64,000 bases of DNA, from the NCBI GenBank assembly GCA_009602725.1, contig WELB01000029.1, positions 627,522 to 691,521 on the forward strand. Reading direction: 5' to 3'. The translations under genes were made by a program, and so were the position numbers. The notes under the pieces are model-generated. The model had not been told where the DNA came from. It searched no databases and worked only from the letters and a program-made list of their open reading frames with translations. Below, piece by piece: positions 13,576 to 26,657 of the stretch. How positions within the stretch are numbered: position 1 is the stretch's first letter; each line of letters starts with the position of its first letter. Source of the DNA: Spirogloea muscicola. Its lineage: Eukaryota.

Positions 13576-16500
13576 ATGGCGGACACCGACCCCGGCGCCG
13601 TGCAGGCGCTCCTTCACTCCTGCCGCCAATCCGGCAACCAGGTCAGCCGCCGCCCGCGCCCCGGCCGTCCCCTTCGGGCGCTGCTGCCCGGCCCGTCGAC
13701 GCTGTGACCAGCCGCCGGCTAAGCGCTGCGAGCATGCCAGGCGTATGAGGAGTTCAAGCGCGTCCTTGGGAAGCTCCTCGATGCGGACACTCGCGTGGCT
13801 GCGCGCCGGTGCGTCGTAGCGCCCTGAGCTCACCCGTCGACCGGACTGCTGAATGGCCCGCGCTCACCAGCAGCTCTGGAGCAGCTTGACGGCAGCCGGC
13901 GTCCCTCTCCATCACGAGTCGGCCAATTGCCATGATTCGAGGGGGCGATCTTGCTTGGGTACAGATTCTTGGCAGCCGTGGAGAAGGCTGCGAATGCGGA
14001 GGTGCCGGAGGAAAGCCAGATGGCGGAGCTCCATTTCCGCATCCATCAACTCTCACTCAGCGAAGTTCCAGGCAAGCGGCACTGTGCGAGGCGCTTATCA
14101 TTGCCGGGATCAGAAGTCCATGAGACGCCTGTGTCGCGCTTGACTCATGGAATATTATCCAGCACTGAAGCATGCAATTCTGCGCAGAGGTGGAGGCCAT
14201 GGAGGAGGGAGGGCCAGGCAACGAGAAGAGGCAGTTGCTCACGCTCCTGGAGCTTCCCTCCATCTTCGTTCCCGAGGCGTGGAGCTTCACCTTCTTCGAG
14301 GGCATCTCCCGGCACCAGGACACGGGGTTCCGTGGGCGGGATGTGGTTGAGCTCGGCTGCGGGAATGGATGGGTCACTCTTGCCATGGCCGCACGGTATT
14401 GCCCTCGCAAGGCAAGTGACACGCTACCAGATGATGTCTTTCACCATGCGGATGGCTTTCCTCCCTCTCTCGCCTCCCTCCTTCCTCCCTTCACCTTTCC
14501 GTACGTCCATGATCCTCTGAACCCCACTCCTGTGCCATTTATAGCCTTTCACTCACTCCATGCTTCAGTGTACAATTCTCACATTCCGATCCCGGTCTGT
14601 GCCTCTTTGCTGATGAACCGTTCCCTTGGTTAGACAGGTCTATGGGCTGGACATTAACCCCCGAGCCATCAAAGTGGCATGGATCAACCTCTACCTCAAT
14701 GGGTTGTCGCCTGAAGGAAACCCTGTTGTTGATGCTGAGGGCATGACAATGCTGGACCGGGTCGAGTTCCACGAGTCTGACCTGCTGGCTCATTGCCGTG
14801 ACCACCACATTTCGCTTGACCGTGTTGTCGGCTGCATACCCCAGGTCAAGTCTCCTTCCATCAGACAGTGGAATGCAGTTGAGACCACCGGCTCTGGAAA
14901 TGTTCCTCGTGACACTTGCTGACATTTGCAGCCGGCTGCCTACTGGCAGGTCCTGAGCCCAGACCCTGAGGCGATGCTCAACATAGTGTCCGAGACGATG
15001 ACTGACGAGTTCCTGCACTCACTAAGCAACTACTGTGGCGCGCAGGTGCACATCGCCTCTTCTCGCACCTCATCTATGACCATAGTCCCTGACACCTAGC
15101 CCCTAAGGCCTTCACTTTTGAAGAAGTGTCTCCCTGGCATTCTCACCTGCCTCAAGGCCACACTGACAACTCTGCCGACCAGTTGCCTGGAGCATCATGA
15201 CAGGGCTTTGTGGAGGACCAATTTGGGCTGGGTCTGATCGCACGCGCAGTAGAGGAGGCCATCCAAGTCGTGCGGCCGTCTGGTTGCGTCATCCTGAACA
15301 TGGGTGGACGACCAGGCATGGCTGTGTGCGAACGCCTCTTCCTCCGCCGCGGATTCAACATCCGCAAGCTCTGGCAGACCCGCGTGAACCAGGTCCACCA
15401 ACCTCCTCTAGCGCCCCATCACATCTTAACGCGTGCATCTCCTCTTAGAAGATAATTTGCTCCATCTTTGGCAGCTTCTTGGAGTCAAGGCAAACCTGGC
15501 CTCTGCTTAAGGAGGCAACAATATGTGACGACTCCATCACACGCTTGTCCCAGGCTGCAGACACAGACATCCTTGCTCTTGTGGAAATTGAGCGCAGCAG
15601 CAGGCACCGCTTTGAGTTTTACATGGGGCCAGTGAGCGAGGAGCCGGTTTCTGCAAAGACTGCATATGCATTTGCACGTGCTGGGGGTTCTATCGGCCAC
15701 GGCCTGACCGTCTTTGAGTGCCGACTGCGGCATCCAACTCATGTGAGTGGTTGCCAGCTGAGCAAATCGCGTATTGCACTTGTTTATTGCACATGAACTC
15801 CTCTAGCGCTGATTGACAATTGCCAGCTTGCATACTACTGCCCTTGCTTTGAGCTGAGGCCCTGCCTCTCTGGTGACCTCGAGCTGCATCTGCACTATCC
15901 GCTTACAGACATGAAGCTCAAGAGTTGGTCTGCTCAGCTTGCTTTGCTCATGCTTGCTGAAGTACTTGATCTCCTCTGACCTACTAAGTGAATACATCCA
16001 CTAACGCGCAAAGTGGATTGCATGCCTGGCTGGGGAGGACGCCAAGTGCTGTTGCGTACTTGTGTTGCGTACTTGCGTTGCGTACTTGTGTCACAACGTT
16101 ATTCTGATATTCTGAAATTCATTCTTTGAATGGGTTACTCGCTGTTTCTTTTGCAGGTGAAGCAGATCTTTCAATTCCTGAAACAGGATGGTTATGGTGA
16201 AACAAGGGGAGCTCTGGATCTCGCATTTCACAATGATGGGGTGGCAGACGAGAAGACCGCCTTTCTTGCACATCTCGCTTCCACCCTTCCCTCGTCCCTG
16301 CCCTCCTCCTCCCTCCACTTCCGCTCCCAGTTTGCTGCATATTTGCGACTGTATTTTCGTGTTCCTTACACTGCTCAGGTACTTACCAAACCCTGAATGC
16401 ATCTAGCAGGAGGCATAGATTGCCAACTTAAATTCAAGGGCGATGAGTAGACCACAATTGTGAAGCATCTTGCTTGTGCGGCTTCATGCCACAGACTTCA

Positions 16501-19500
16501 TTTCTGGACCAGCACAATTGGTGAGACTGAGGAGAGCATGCCGAGGATAATTCGCTGTGGAATCCTGTGTCCAGAATCTCGTTGTGCTTCCTTCCAGAGG
16601 AGCCGCGCTGGAGAATATTGTGCGACTTTATGCTCCTCGTTTGGCACTCGTGGATGCCACCCTGGCGCGCCTTCTACCAAGGCATCTTCTACAGGTTCGA
16701 CATATCTGCAGATTGCATATGCATGCATGTGCTACTTATAGAAGCAGAGCTAGAAAGGACCGCAGGCAGCTACGTTGATATGCATCAAGACAGAAAGTAG
16801 CTCCGCTCCTAAGAAGGGACATTGTGGTTCTGAATGCGCAGGATGACATTGCATTTTCGCCGAAGGGCAAGAATGTGGTGTCTGCCAGCTCGGTCAGAGG
16901 GCATGTAAGGTCCACCACCAATTGGATATGAGGAATCATAATTTATCTTGCATGTAGACCAGGTTCAATGATTTCATGCTACTGCCTTGTCTTTAGTCAG
17001 CTGCATACTTCTTAGCTTTTAAGAGCTTGATTCTGGATCCCAATGATGCTGTCGCTTGCATTTGAGTTAAAGGGCTCCTGTGCAGAGAGTCCACCGGCCA
17101 TGCTGAAAATTCCTTGGCTGCAAGAACCAACGAGCAAGTAATGGGACTGCAATGAGGCTGTGCTCTGACCGTCGTCTGCTGACCTCTGGTCCGACAGGAG
17201 GAGCAGCATGGCATGACCTTGCTGGAGGCGCCGCGAAGCGCTGACCTCCTTTTGCAGCTGACTCGTGCCCTGCGGCCCCAGGTCATGGTGCTCCAATTGG
17301 CAGACTTTGAAATGCGGAGCACAATTGCGTTTGAGCAGCTCCTCCAGGTCTCCAAGGAGGTGGGAGCAAGGATATTTGTGGACATCAGTGACCACTTGGA
17401 GCTGTCCTCGCTCCCTTCTACCAATGGCGTCCTCCAATATCTTGCTGAGCACCCTCTCCCACCACATGCGGCCATCATCTGCGGGCTTGTGAAGAACCAG
17501 GTGCCCTGCTGCCTTTCTGCTGTGACAAGCAGTAGTCCTCGAGGCCAGCAATTTCCTCACGGATACCAGACACTCTGTATCAGCGGATGACCACCTCTCC
17601 AGCCTTCAGACTCCTCGAGGCTCACCTTGGCTAGAGCTTCAGGATAGAACTGCTGACATAAACTATTCGAGACAGGCAAGCACTGTGCGTGACACATCTA
17701 GGTGAAGATTCTGTACTGGCTGTTTGATGAGACACTGTGATTGGCAGGTGTACTCGGACCTGGAGGTCTGCCTCTTGATATCAGAAAATGCAAGCTTACT
17801 GAGAGGGACTGCAAATATGACCGAGCTTACGTTCTCTGTGACTCCTGCGATGAGCCAGTTGTATTACGGCACCCTTCTGCATGAGCTCCTCTCCTTTCAG
17901 CTGCGTGAGCGCCACCAACTCAATCAGGTGATGATGGCATTTCATACTGGACATAGCATACCAGTCCCACTGCCTTACTTACACCGTGTGCTGGTGCTGG
18001 CTGCGCAATCTCAACAGTCATAACCTTGTCCATCTGCAGCGAACGATAAGAGAGGAGGACGATTTCACATCGTCCCAGTTTGTGGCTATCACGAGGTGTG
18101 CAGCGGAAGCTTGCCAATTTCCATCCGTCTCGAGTGCCGAGGGTCCATCCCCATTGCTGGGTGCGGAAGAAGCTGACCACCAATGGGTCAGGATGGACGA
18201 GGCAGAGTGTCACCTGGCGGCTCCCCGAGCTGCAACACGCCTTGTATTTGAGGGCTTTGCCCGGCAGCACGTGTCTGAGGCCGAGATGGATCCTCGCCCA
18301 GAGATCCTTCAGGTAAGGCTCTCAGTCATGGGCCCAGAGTAAGGGGCTATGGTCTAGATGCTGAGGTCTACCTGAGGATCTGGCAGTGCATGTTCGTACT
18401 TGCTTATGTTACTTGGTGTTGTGCTGACTCTTCGTTACCTTACTTTCTGCCAGCTGCTGTCTGAGAGGCTGGGCCTCATTCCCGGCAATGCAAAGGAGGT
18501 CGTACTGGGACAAGACAGCGGCCCGCTCTTCTACCGGCTCATGGCAGCATGCCACCAGGAAGGTGCCACAGCCCTTCTCCCCTCTGGGTTTCCCGGGAGC
18601 TGGCTGGCGACAGCCGCTCTCTGCCAAGTCAGTTGGCAGGTGATCGCCACACTTGAGGAGTCGGGCTACAAGCTGCTCCCCGGCCAGCTAGAGACAGCGC
18701 TGGTAGCTGTGCCCAGAGCTTGGGTAGTTCTGACTGCGCCGATTGTCAACCCCACGGGTGCTGTGTACACGAGCGAGGAGCTTGTGGCTCTGCTTGGAGT
18801 CTGCAGGCGGCATGGCGCCAGAGTTATTATTGACACGTCATACATGGGGCTTCAGTGGGATGACTTCAATTCTTGCTGCGACTTGGAAGGGGCAGTTGCC
18901 AGCATGCTACCCAAGGCTATGTATGCAGTTGCCATCCTTGGCAGTGTATCAAAACTGGTACGAAGAGAGGTCATCGTGTCCTACTTCCAGGACCCTACAG
19001 CACGCTTTGCTGGATGCCTCTCTATTTACTTTCAGCTGCAAACTTAAAATAGTTGCAAGGCAGCAGGTTCTACTGAGGACCCTCCATAGGTCTCCTGACC
19101 ATTCTAAAGTGCTGAAGGCCCCGGCACCTTGTCTGTGACTTGGTCTTGCAGTTCTCAGCTGGTGGCCTCCGTCTTGGTTTCGCTGTGCTGCGCGACAATG
19201 TCTTCATTGATGCCCTCAAGGAGAGGGAAAGCAGCAGGTCTAGGACCACGAGCAGTAGTTGCTTAGTCTTCTTGTTCTCACTCGCCTTCACATTACAAAC
19301 ACCATGAACAGTTTATCTTCTTGTGGAATCTGTTTGGTCAGTAGGTGCAGACGAGTAAAGGTGAGAAGTCAGCAGCACTGTTAACGCACTTGCCATGTTC
19401 TGACAGTTTTGATCGTGCTGTTGCAGTTTGTGCAAGCCACATGGGACCCTTAGATATGCAGCAAAGAGGATGATGGCTTTGCAGGACCAGTACTCCGACA

Positions 19501-20164
19501 GCATGCAAAGTGAGCTCAGATCCCAACTTCAGGAGCTCAAGAGGAGGGCGGATCTCCTTTGTCAGGTAAGACACGCTTCCAACTTAAGGCCACCAGCTAC
19601 TCTTTATCCTGGCATGTCCAGGTAACACACCTTGCGCTTTTATCTATGGTGGCCATGACTGTCGGCGGGTGTGTTTAGCCACGTTGCAAGGAAGGCTTTC
19701 GATGGTGAGGCCAACATGTGCATGCTTAATTTGTTTGCCTGAAGTGCGCATGACCTATTCTCGTGCTTGAGCAGACCTTATCTGAATCTGGATGGGCGCC
19801 GCTCAGACCAGCAGGAGGCCTCTTCCTAGTGGCTCGGCCGGTTGCATTTGAAGGCAAGGCCTTCCGCTGTGCCAAGCACAGTGACGTGAATGGCAGAGCT
19901 GCCATGGACCTTGACCAATTGCGAGACACTGCCAATGGGAAGGATAACATTGAGCAAGCGACGTATACTTTGGACAGCAAGAACATACGTGATGTGATGA
20001 GAAAGGCTGTGGGGTTAATAATGAACTGCAGCGACTGGACTGGCATACCAAACCACTGTCGTTTTGTTTTTTCTGGTACTGAGGATGCCTTCACTCAAGG
20101 ACTGCGTCGGATCAGGCAATTCCATGCCATGGTACTTAGGCAGACAGGTCAGGAAGAGACATAG
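13576..20164 (+). CDS. MMT: Methionine S-methyltransferase (N-terminal SAM methyltransferase plus C-terminal PLP-aminotransferase-like domain), multi-exon
   Basis: ATG 13576 (LHSCRQSGNQ|AYEEFK). Motifs ELPSIFVPEAWSFTFFEG, VVELGCGNGW, VYGLDINPRAIKVAWINLYLN, EDQFGLGLIARAVEE, ILNMGGRPG, QAADTDILALVEIE, CGLVKNQ|VYSDLEV, IVNPTGAVY and WTGIPNHCRF. TAG 20162-20164. Confidence 0.95.
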
Positions 20165-20441
20165 TCAGACTTGGCAACAACTAGAGGTATTATGGCACCA
20201 TAGTTGGGCTTGCAATCTACTGCGGGCACACTCCCATTGAGAATTTTGCACAGCTGCCAAAACTTTGACTTCCCTCCCCGTTCCATGCCTGCAATGAAAT
20301 TGGTGTATAGATCTTTGCTCTTGTATTAAAACTCAATGAAATGAATCGCACAAAGACAGGAGTCAGAATAGCTCCAGATGGTGACGTCCAGATGGTGACG
20401 TCATCTATGTACAGCCAGAAACCTGGCTAACAGAACATTAA

Positions 20442-23205
20442 TTACTCAATGAGGCGCTTATACTTGCAGTACCAAACTACTGCAAGGAAAATACAAACAG
20501 CTCCAGTGGCCGATCCAAAGCAGACATAGTAGAAGACGTTGTAGTTGGAGGGCTTGTCATCAAAGAGGCTAATGTGGATATTCATGCCGAAGATGCCGGT
20601 AATAACCACAAACATGGTAATGACAAGTGTGGCGGTTGTGAGTAGCACATTCATCTGCAAAAGGTGATTCTGCTTATCATCCAGCATAATCTCAATGTAG
20701 TCCTGCGTATCGTCCACATACTCGCGGAGCTGCCAAAATGCACACGGTGTTTCAGGGCAACTGTGCAGGAGATCTTACATACAATGAAGGAACATCATGG
20801 GTTGTGGTCGTGTGACTTACAGTGGAGAGCTTATTGAGAGTCCCTTCTATCTGTACAAAATAGGCCTCCAAAAGCATCTCCAGCTCCTCCACATCCAATG
20901 ATTTTTGACTGGTGCTGTTGCTACTGCTGCTGCTGCTGCTGCTGCCCCGGCTGCTTTTACTGCCATGAGACCTGTGCGAACCTGGGCTCTCACTCCCTTC
21001 CTCAACTGCGCTGACCCCTTGGCTGCCTCTCAGGTCCGCCTCCCCGCGAGGTGGCCTTGGGGGTAGAGCTGCTCGCCTTCCCCCTGAGCCTCTCATTCTG
21101 ACGACGTAATGGAAAACTCAAAAGGGCACAAAACTTCACTGCATATACGTCGAACAAGGCACACAACTCCACTGCAACTATGTAGAACATCACAGGACTT
21201 TACAGTGCTAGATCTGAAACAGCCCACGTGCATAACCTTGACTGTACTTGATAAACATGAGGCATCTGAAGGACGACAGTAGAGCTGTTCACCTCATTCG
21301 ACGGAGCCTCTGCTGCTGTTCATTCTCGTCCATTCCTTCCTGGTCAAGGCCATCTTCGACCCTCCTACCCTCACCATGGTCCTCATCACCCGAGTCGTCG
21401 ATGGCATCATTCCCGTCATCCTCCTTGCTGAGGCCAGCCTCAGACTCGGTCAGACTCGGCCCGGTCTGTAAGGGCGTAACAGCTGGCTCAAAGGCCGGCG
21501 TTGCTTGACCATAGCGCGAGGGGGAGAGGCTGCGGGAAGGTGTCCGCTCGAGCTCCCGGTGGAGCTTATCTGTAAGATACATCTCGTCCATGTCCTCGTC
21601 ATCGTCAAGGAGTTGCTCTACCTCGTCCCTCACCTGCAATACACGAAACTAGCGAGGGCTCAGCATGGTAACCAGAGGTCAAAGGTCCCGTGCACGAGAG
21701 CTCCATGTGAGGTACATGCACAGTCCTCACCTTCTGAACACGACTAGAAATGGCCACAAGACGGCTCTTCAGTTGTCGGACTCGCTCAAGATTGAGCGTG
21801 CTGATTGCCGACGTGAGTTCATCAAGAGCAGGGTAGGCCTCTTTCTCCAGTGCTGATGCCTGCACATGCATCCCGCTTCACTGCTCGGTCAAATTCAGGT
21901 CGTTATCAAGGAGTCAGACTGATGACAGGAACATTGCCATGTATGGTAGTAACCTTGGTCCAAGTATAGGCCATAGCAAATACTGCAATTCAGGTCGTTG
22001 TCCGTCTCACGTGCTACGTGCAAGGTGGTAACCACCCTATTGAGGATCTGGTTGTCCAAGCAGCCACAGTTGAGCAGTCAACGAGGTCCATGCATGTCAA
22101 GGGCATCTGCGCGAGGAGCAGACCTCTGTATCTAGAAAGGTGCAGGCAGCCTCCAAGCAGGCCTCCAGGGCGCGGAACTCGAAGGGCAGCGCCATCGGGC
22201 CTCCCCTGACGGCCATGCTGACCTTGCCATCATCGTCCACTTCCGAGGCTGACCAGCCGGATGCTGCGGCTCCAGGATGCCGCCTGCTTCCTGCCGTTAC
22301 TGCTCCTTCTCCTCTGAAGCGCATTCCAGGCTCTGGCGACCTGTCGAGGACGAGGCTCTTGGGGCTTCCCTCGTTGTCGGAAAGGCCGCCGCCACCATCT
22401 CCGGCGACCTTGCCCATGCAGCGCACAGTGTCTTGGCATGCGCTCATTTCAGTAGCCTGTGTTTGGACCGAGCCGCATGGCAGCAGCAGCAGCAGCAGCA
22501 GGCAAGCAAGGTCTTGCGAGGCACAGTTTCTCTCCAAGTTCGCCAGCTCGCACAGGGCCGAGAACCGCCATCCACACCGAGACGAGCTGACGCTCGTGGT
22601 GTGAGTGGCGGTTCTTGGTGGGGTTCACAAGAGGATGCAGGTCAGCTGCGTCAGTGGGTGCATCGGTTGCTCAACTTAGTGGTCGGCTTTCCAAGCGCCC
22701 GGAACGTCATTGGATGGATCGGCGGTCGAGCCATGGGGCGTCACCTGCTCGCCGAGGGCGTTGAAGTGGGAGGGGAGGCGGCGGCGGAGCTCGTCCACAA
22801 GGGCGGCGACGGCGGGGAGCTGCCAGTTGAGCAGCAGCACCTCCTGCGCGGTGATGATGCACTTGATGTGCTCCAGGTTCACCACGATGGCCTTCTCGCG
22901 GCCCAGCACCGTGGACGGGTACGACAGCGTCGGGTCCAGGATGCGCAGGTCGCGCGCCGGGATGGACACGCGCCGCATGATCGCGTACTTGTCCGCCTCG
23001 ATTATCTGGCGATGTTGTCTGGATCCAGAGTTTAGGTTTTGGGTCGTCGGCGGCGGCGGCGTCAACGGCGCCGGCGGCGGCGGCGGCGCTGCGGCGGACC
23101 TGCGTGTCGCCCTCCTGGTCGATGCGGAGCCAGGAGCGCGCGCCCTTGCCCTTCTTGCGCAGCACGCCCAGCGCCGCGCGCTCCAGCCGCGCGGCCGCGG
23201 CGGCG
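20442..23205 (-). CDS. MRS2: MRS2/CorA-family magnesium transporter; start codon not present in the assembly
   Basis: [114 protein letters not shown] and [12 protein letters not shown]...IFGMNI (GMN motif). Stop 20442-20444. Confidence 0.93.
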
Positions 23206-23209
23206 GAGG

Positions 23210-23311
23210 CGGACGGCAGCGTATGTCGACCAGGTGGACAACCACATTGGCGAGCTGACAGTCCGCGAAACCTTCGACTTTGCAGCACGTTGCCAGGGTG
23301 CCACGCACGAG
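23210..23311 (+). other. Isolated ~100-bp fragment of a PDR/ABCG transporter NBD1 coding sequence
   Basis: Translates as [30 protein letters not shown]. It ends at the single N (23312), and no other ABC exons are seen in the window. Confidence 0.85.
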
Positions 23312-23379
23312 NCGCCTGCCGCGCAGCGCCGCGTCGCCCTCCCGCCGTCGCCATCGTCGGCTGCGCCGCGGCTCGGGCA

Positions 23380-25399
23380 ATGGGCGGCAGCGGCGGCGAC
23401 GGCGGCGGTGATGGCGGCTGTGTCACCTCGGCCCCAAGCCCGCCGACCGCCGTGCAGGCCGTCGACTTCCTCACCGCGCTCCAGAGCCTCAAGGTTGGCG
23501 CTGCCCGATGCCCGAGCATCTCCTGCTCGTGGCTTGGATGCTGCACTTGCTTCGGTCAGTCTATCAGGACTGGCGCGAGAGCCTCAACTGGCCCATGCTC
23601 TCGTGCGCCAGACGACCAAGCGAGCAGGGTGGGTGAACCACGGCGTGCGGGCTCCGGAGTCCATCGCGGATCACATGCACCGCATGACCATTATGGCGCT
23701 TGTGGCTGCCGACGAACCCGAAGTGGACAGGGCACGGTGAGCTCCGAGCCCCACTCTTGGCACCTGCGCTCCTTCGCACAGATTGTTGTGTCGTCTTCGC
23801 TCTCTTGAAGACTTTCCCATCACAGGAGAATGCAAGGTGCTCATGGCAGCTTGCATCTTTCTCCTAGGCTCTTCCCGCAAGGTCTTGGGATGGACCTCGC
23901 ACCTCTCCTCCTGGGCTTTAACAAGGCCGGTTATCCCCATGGCTTGCAGCTGTGTGAAGCTCGCTGCAGTCCATGACTTAGCTGAAGGTTAGCAGACTAG
24001 CCCTCAAGACTTGCAGTCCGTGAGCAAGCACTACATACCATCTCTCGCAATGACTTCTAGTCTTTGGTGGCCTGTCACTTGAAGAGGGCGCCCCCTGAGT
24101 AACTCTTGTTTGACAAGTTCTAAGTTAACGAACCTCGATTGTTGCAGTCTGTTACCGGGTCGGGCAGCACGCTGAAGTCCTGCAAGGCGTATTTAGTGGA
24201 AGGAGGGTGCAACCGCTTGTGCCCAACCAAGTACCGCATCAGCCGAGGTTGATCTTAGCTTGACACTCTGTGCAGCAATTGTTGGGGACATCACGCCCTC
24301 AGATGGGATTGACAAAGAGGAGAAGAATCGTAGAGAAGCTGACGCGATGGAGCAGCTCTGTACAACCTTGGGAGGGGGTCCAGTAGGTAATGAACCCCAC
24401 AAGAAGTACACACAGAGATGCTAGCTTTGCATAGCAGCTAACCAGGTCTTGTTCGGTGGATTGCTCAGAGGCAAATCTCTCTGCTGCAGTTGGCAGATCA
24501 AGCTGAGGAGGTCTTCGTACTTTTGGCTGTGATAAAATGCAGCTGCTGAGGTAAAGGCGTTATGGCAGGAGTATGAAGCAAACCTTAGTCCGGAGGCTAA
24601 GTTGGTGAAAGACTTCGATAAGGTAGGTAGCACCCAGCATCTTACACCAAAGGCAGGCATATGAAGGTCATGAGTACTGCAAGGTTGCTATCCTTCTCTT
24701 TGAGTAGATAGTATGTGGTCACAATAGAATATTTACTATTTCTGATCTCCTTGCATCCACGTTCTTTGACCACGTGATTATTCATTAAGTAGTAGCTATT
24801 GCATGTCAGCTTATGAAAAGGGCTTACAAGAACCTGTGCTAACCCACTTGCTGTGTAGGTTGAGATGATTCTTCAGGCATACGAGTATGAAGCAGGTACG
24901 GAGGTGCCCACTTTGTTACGCCAGGCTGTCAGAATATGTAGAGGGAGTTGTCAGAAAAGCATACGTCGAGACAGGTGTTCATAGCGATAGAGAAAGGTTG
25001 CTGTAGTATGCCCTGATTGTCCATTTGCTTCCTGCTCCTTGCACTCTTGCTTTGAAAGGACTGACTTGGAGTCTTACTTTGCTGGTTCATTCCATAATAT
25101 CAGCTCTGTGCTATCTCCCCTTTCAGCTCAAGGCCATAACTTGGAGGACTTCTTCCAGTCAATTCAGGGTGTGTTGTCGAAGCTGACCCCCTTTCCTTCG
25201 ACTCGTGACCTTGTCGCTCGTGATGACTTTGAGCAACTATCTGCAGAGCTATCATGCTAGCCAGATTTTAGTTCCTCAGAACTTATGGCATTGTTAAACA
25301 TGTTGCACTGGTGATCCTGCAGGCAAGTTGCAAACACGAACAGGAAAAGCATGGGCTGCTGAGATTGTGAGTAGGAGATTTGCAGCGCATTGCTCCTGA
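23380..25399 (+). CDS. HD-domain protein, HDDC2/YfbR-like 5'-deoxynucleotidase family; the true start may lie further upstream
   Basis: AVDFLTALQSLK|TTKRAGWVNHGVRAPESIADHMHRM, AAVHDLAE|AIVGDITPSDG, LWQEYE..SPEAKLVKDFDK|VEMILQAYEYE, LEDFFQS and GKAWAAEI. TGA 25397-25399. Confidence 0.92.
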
Positions 25400-25427
25400 T
25401 TGAACTTACACAAAGAGAAAGTATATT

Positions 25428-26345
25428 GTGCTCACTAAGTTCTGCACCGGTGTTTTGTAGTGTAGTCCTTTTTCGGCACCTCTTTCTTTGCCTTTGGACA
25501 TTGTCCACTCTCTTCTAGCTGGCTTTGCCAGCTCCTCTTCTCTATGGGCGACCATTTTCTCGATACAGGCACAGCCACTCTCAACCTCTGTAGATCTCTG
25601 GCAAACAGAGTAGAGGCCGGGAACGCCAGCCCACAAAAGAAAGTACAAGGTTCAAGCCGGAACCCACAAATTCCTCTGTACATTACCAGTAAGTGTTTCC
25701 AAAGGTCCGGGCCAAAAGCGCAAAATTCCGAGAACTACTCGTTGACTGCTCCATGACCCCGTTGCCCGCTACCCGAAAACTATTATTTCTGAAAAGCGGC
25801 TGCTCAACAGGCAATATGAGCAGCCAGTGGCCACTTGAGTCGTTGTATGCTTCAACGCTAGTTTGGCCCCTTCGAGTTTCGTTTATTCACTTTCTGGGCT
25901 GGCCAATCTCAGCCACCGCCCTCGACTGGAAGAGTCATGCTTTCCAGCTGGGCTGGCCGATCCTAGCCATCGCCCTCTACCTGGGCCCTCGCTGGCCCAG
26001 GTACTCCGCATGCGCCTGGCGGTTTCGTTCCAACGCTTATTAGCCTACGCCGTCCACACGCGAGCAGGCCGTGCTATGGCTCTGCTGCCTCTGGCTCTCC
26101 GCGCAGTGACTCTTTCCCTGCAAGGAGCTACTCTGATTTGATGTCACTCACTCGCGAGTACTGAGCTTCCCTCTGCACCGTCTTGTGTTTCGTAGTGTAG
26201 TCCTTTGGCTGGCTTTGCCAGCCCCTCTTCTCTATGGGCGCACTTCTTCTTTTTCGGCACCATGTTCTTTTGGCTTTGGACATTGTCTCCTCTTTATTTG
26301 GGCTGGCTTTGCCAGCTCCTCTGCTATATTGGCGAGCGCTTTCTT
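25428..26345 (+). mobile_element. Plus-strand cluster of non-LTR 3' ends/UTRs upstream of guanylate kinase
   Basis: 25985-26164 reads SLAQVLRMRLAVSFQRLLAYAVHTRAGRAMA...SYSDLMSLTREY* (with frameshift). UTR hairpin copies at ~25517, 25896, 25950, 26206 and 26300, some followed by atgggcgcacttcttct-like tails. Confidence 0.7.
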
Positions 26346-26657
26346 TCTCTACTAAAAGAGAGAGAGAAGCGTCTTCCTTCTTTCTGGGAGCGTCCAATGT
26401 CTCGACCACTTCACAGCCCACAGAAGGCTAAACTGGAACGGTGACGGCACGACAACGGAAAGTGAGAGAGATCTCGCCGAACGAGAGGCGTCGCCGTGCC
26501 GGAGCCAGGAGGCTGCAGCGGAAAGGCGTAAAGCGGGCCGGGGGCTGCCGCAGCCCTATCGCCACCGACTCGCCTGGAGCCCCAGCCGAGCCGGCGCCGG
26601 GCCTGGCCTGACGCCCGCCGCGCCCGCCGGCCCCGCCGCCGCCGCCACCGCGCGCGG

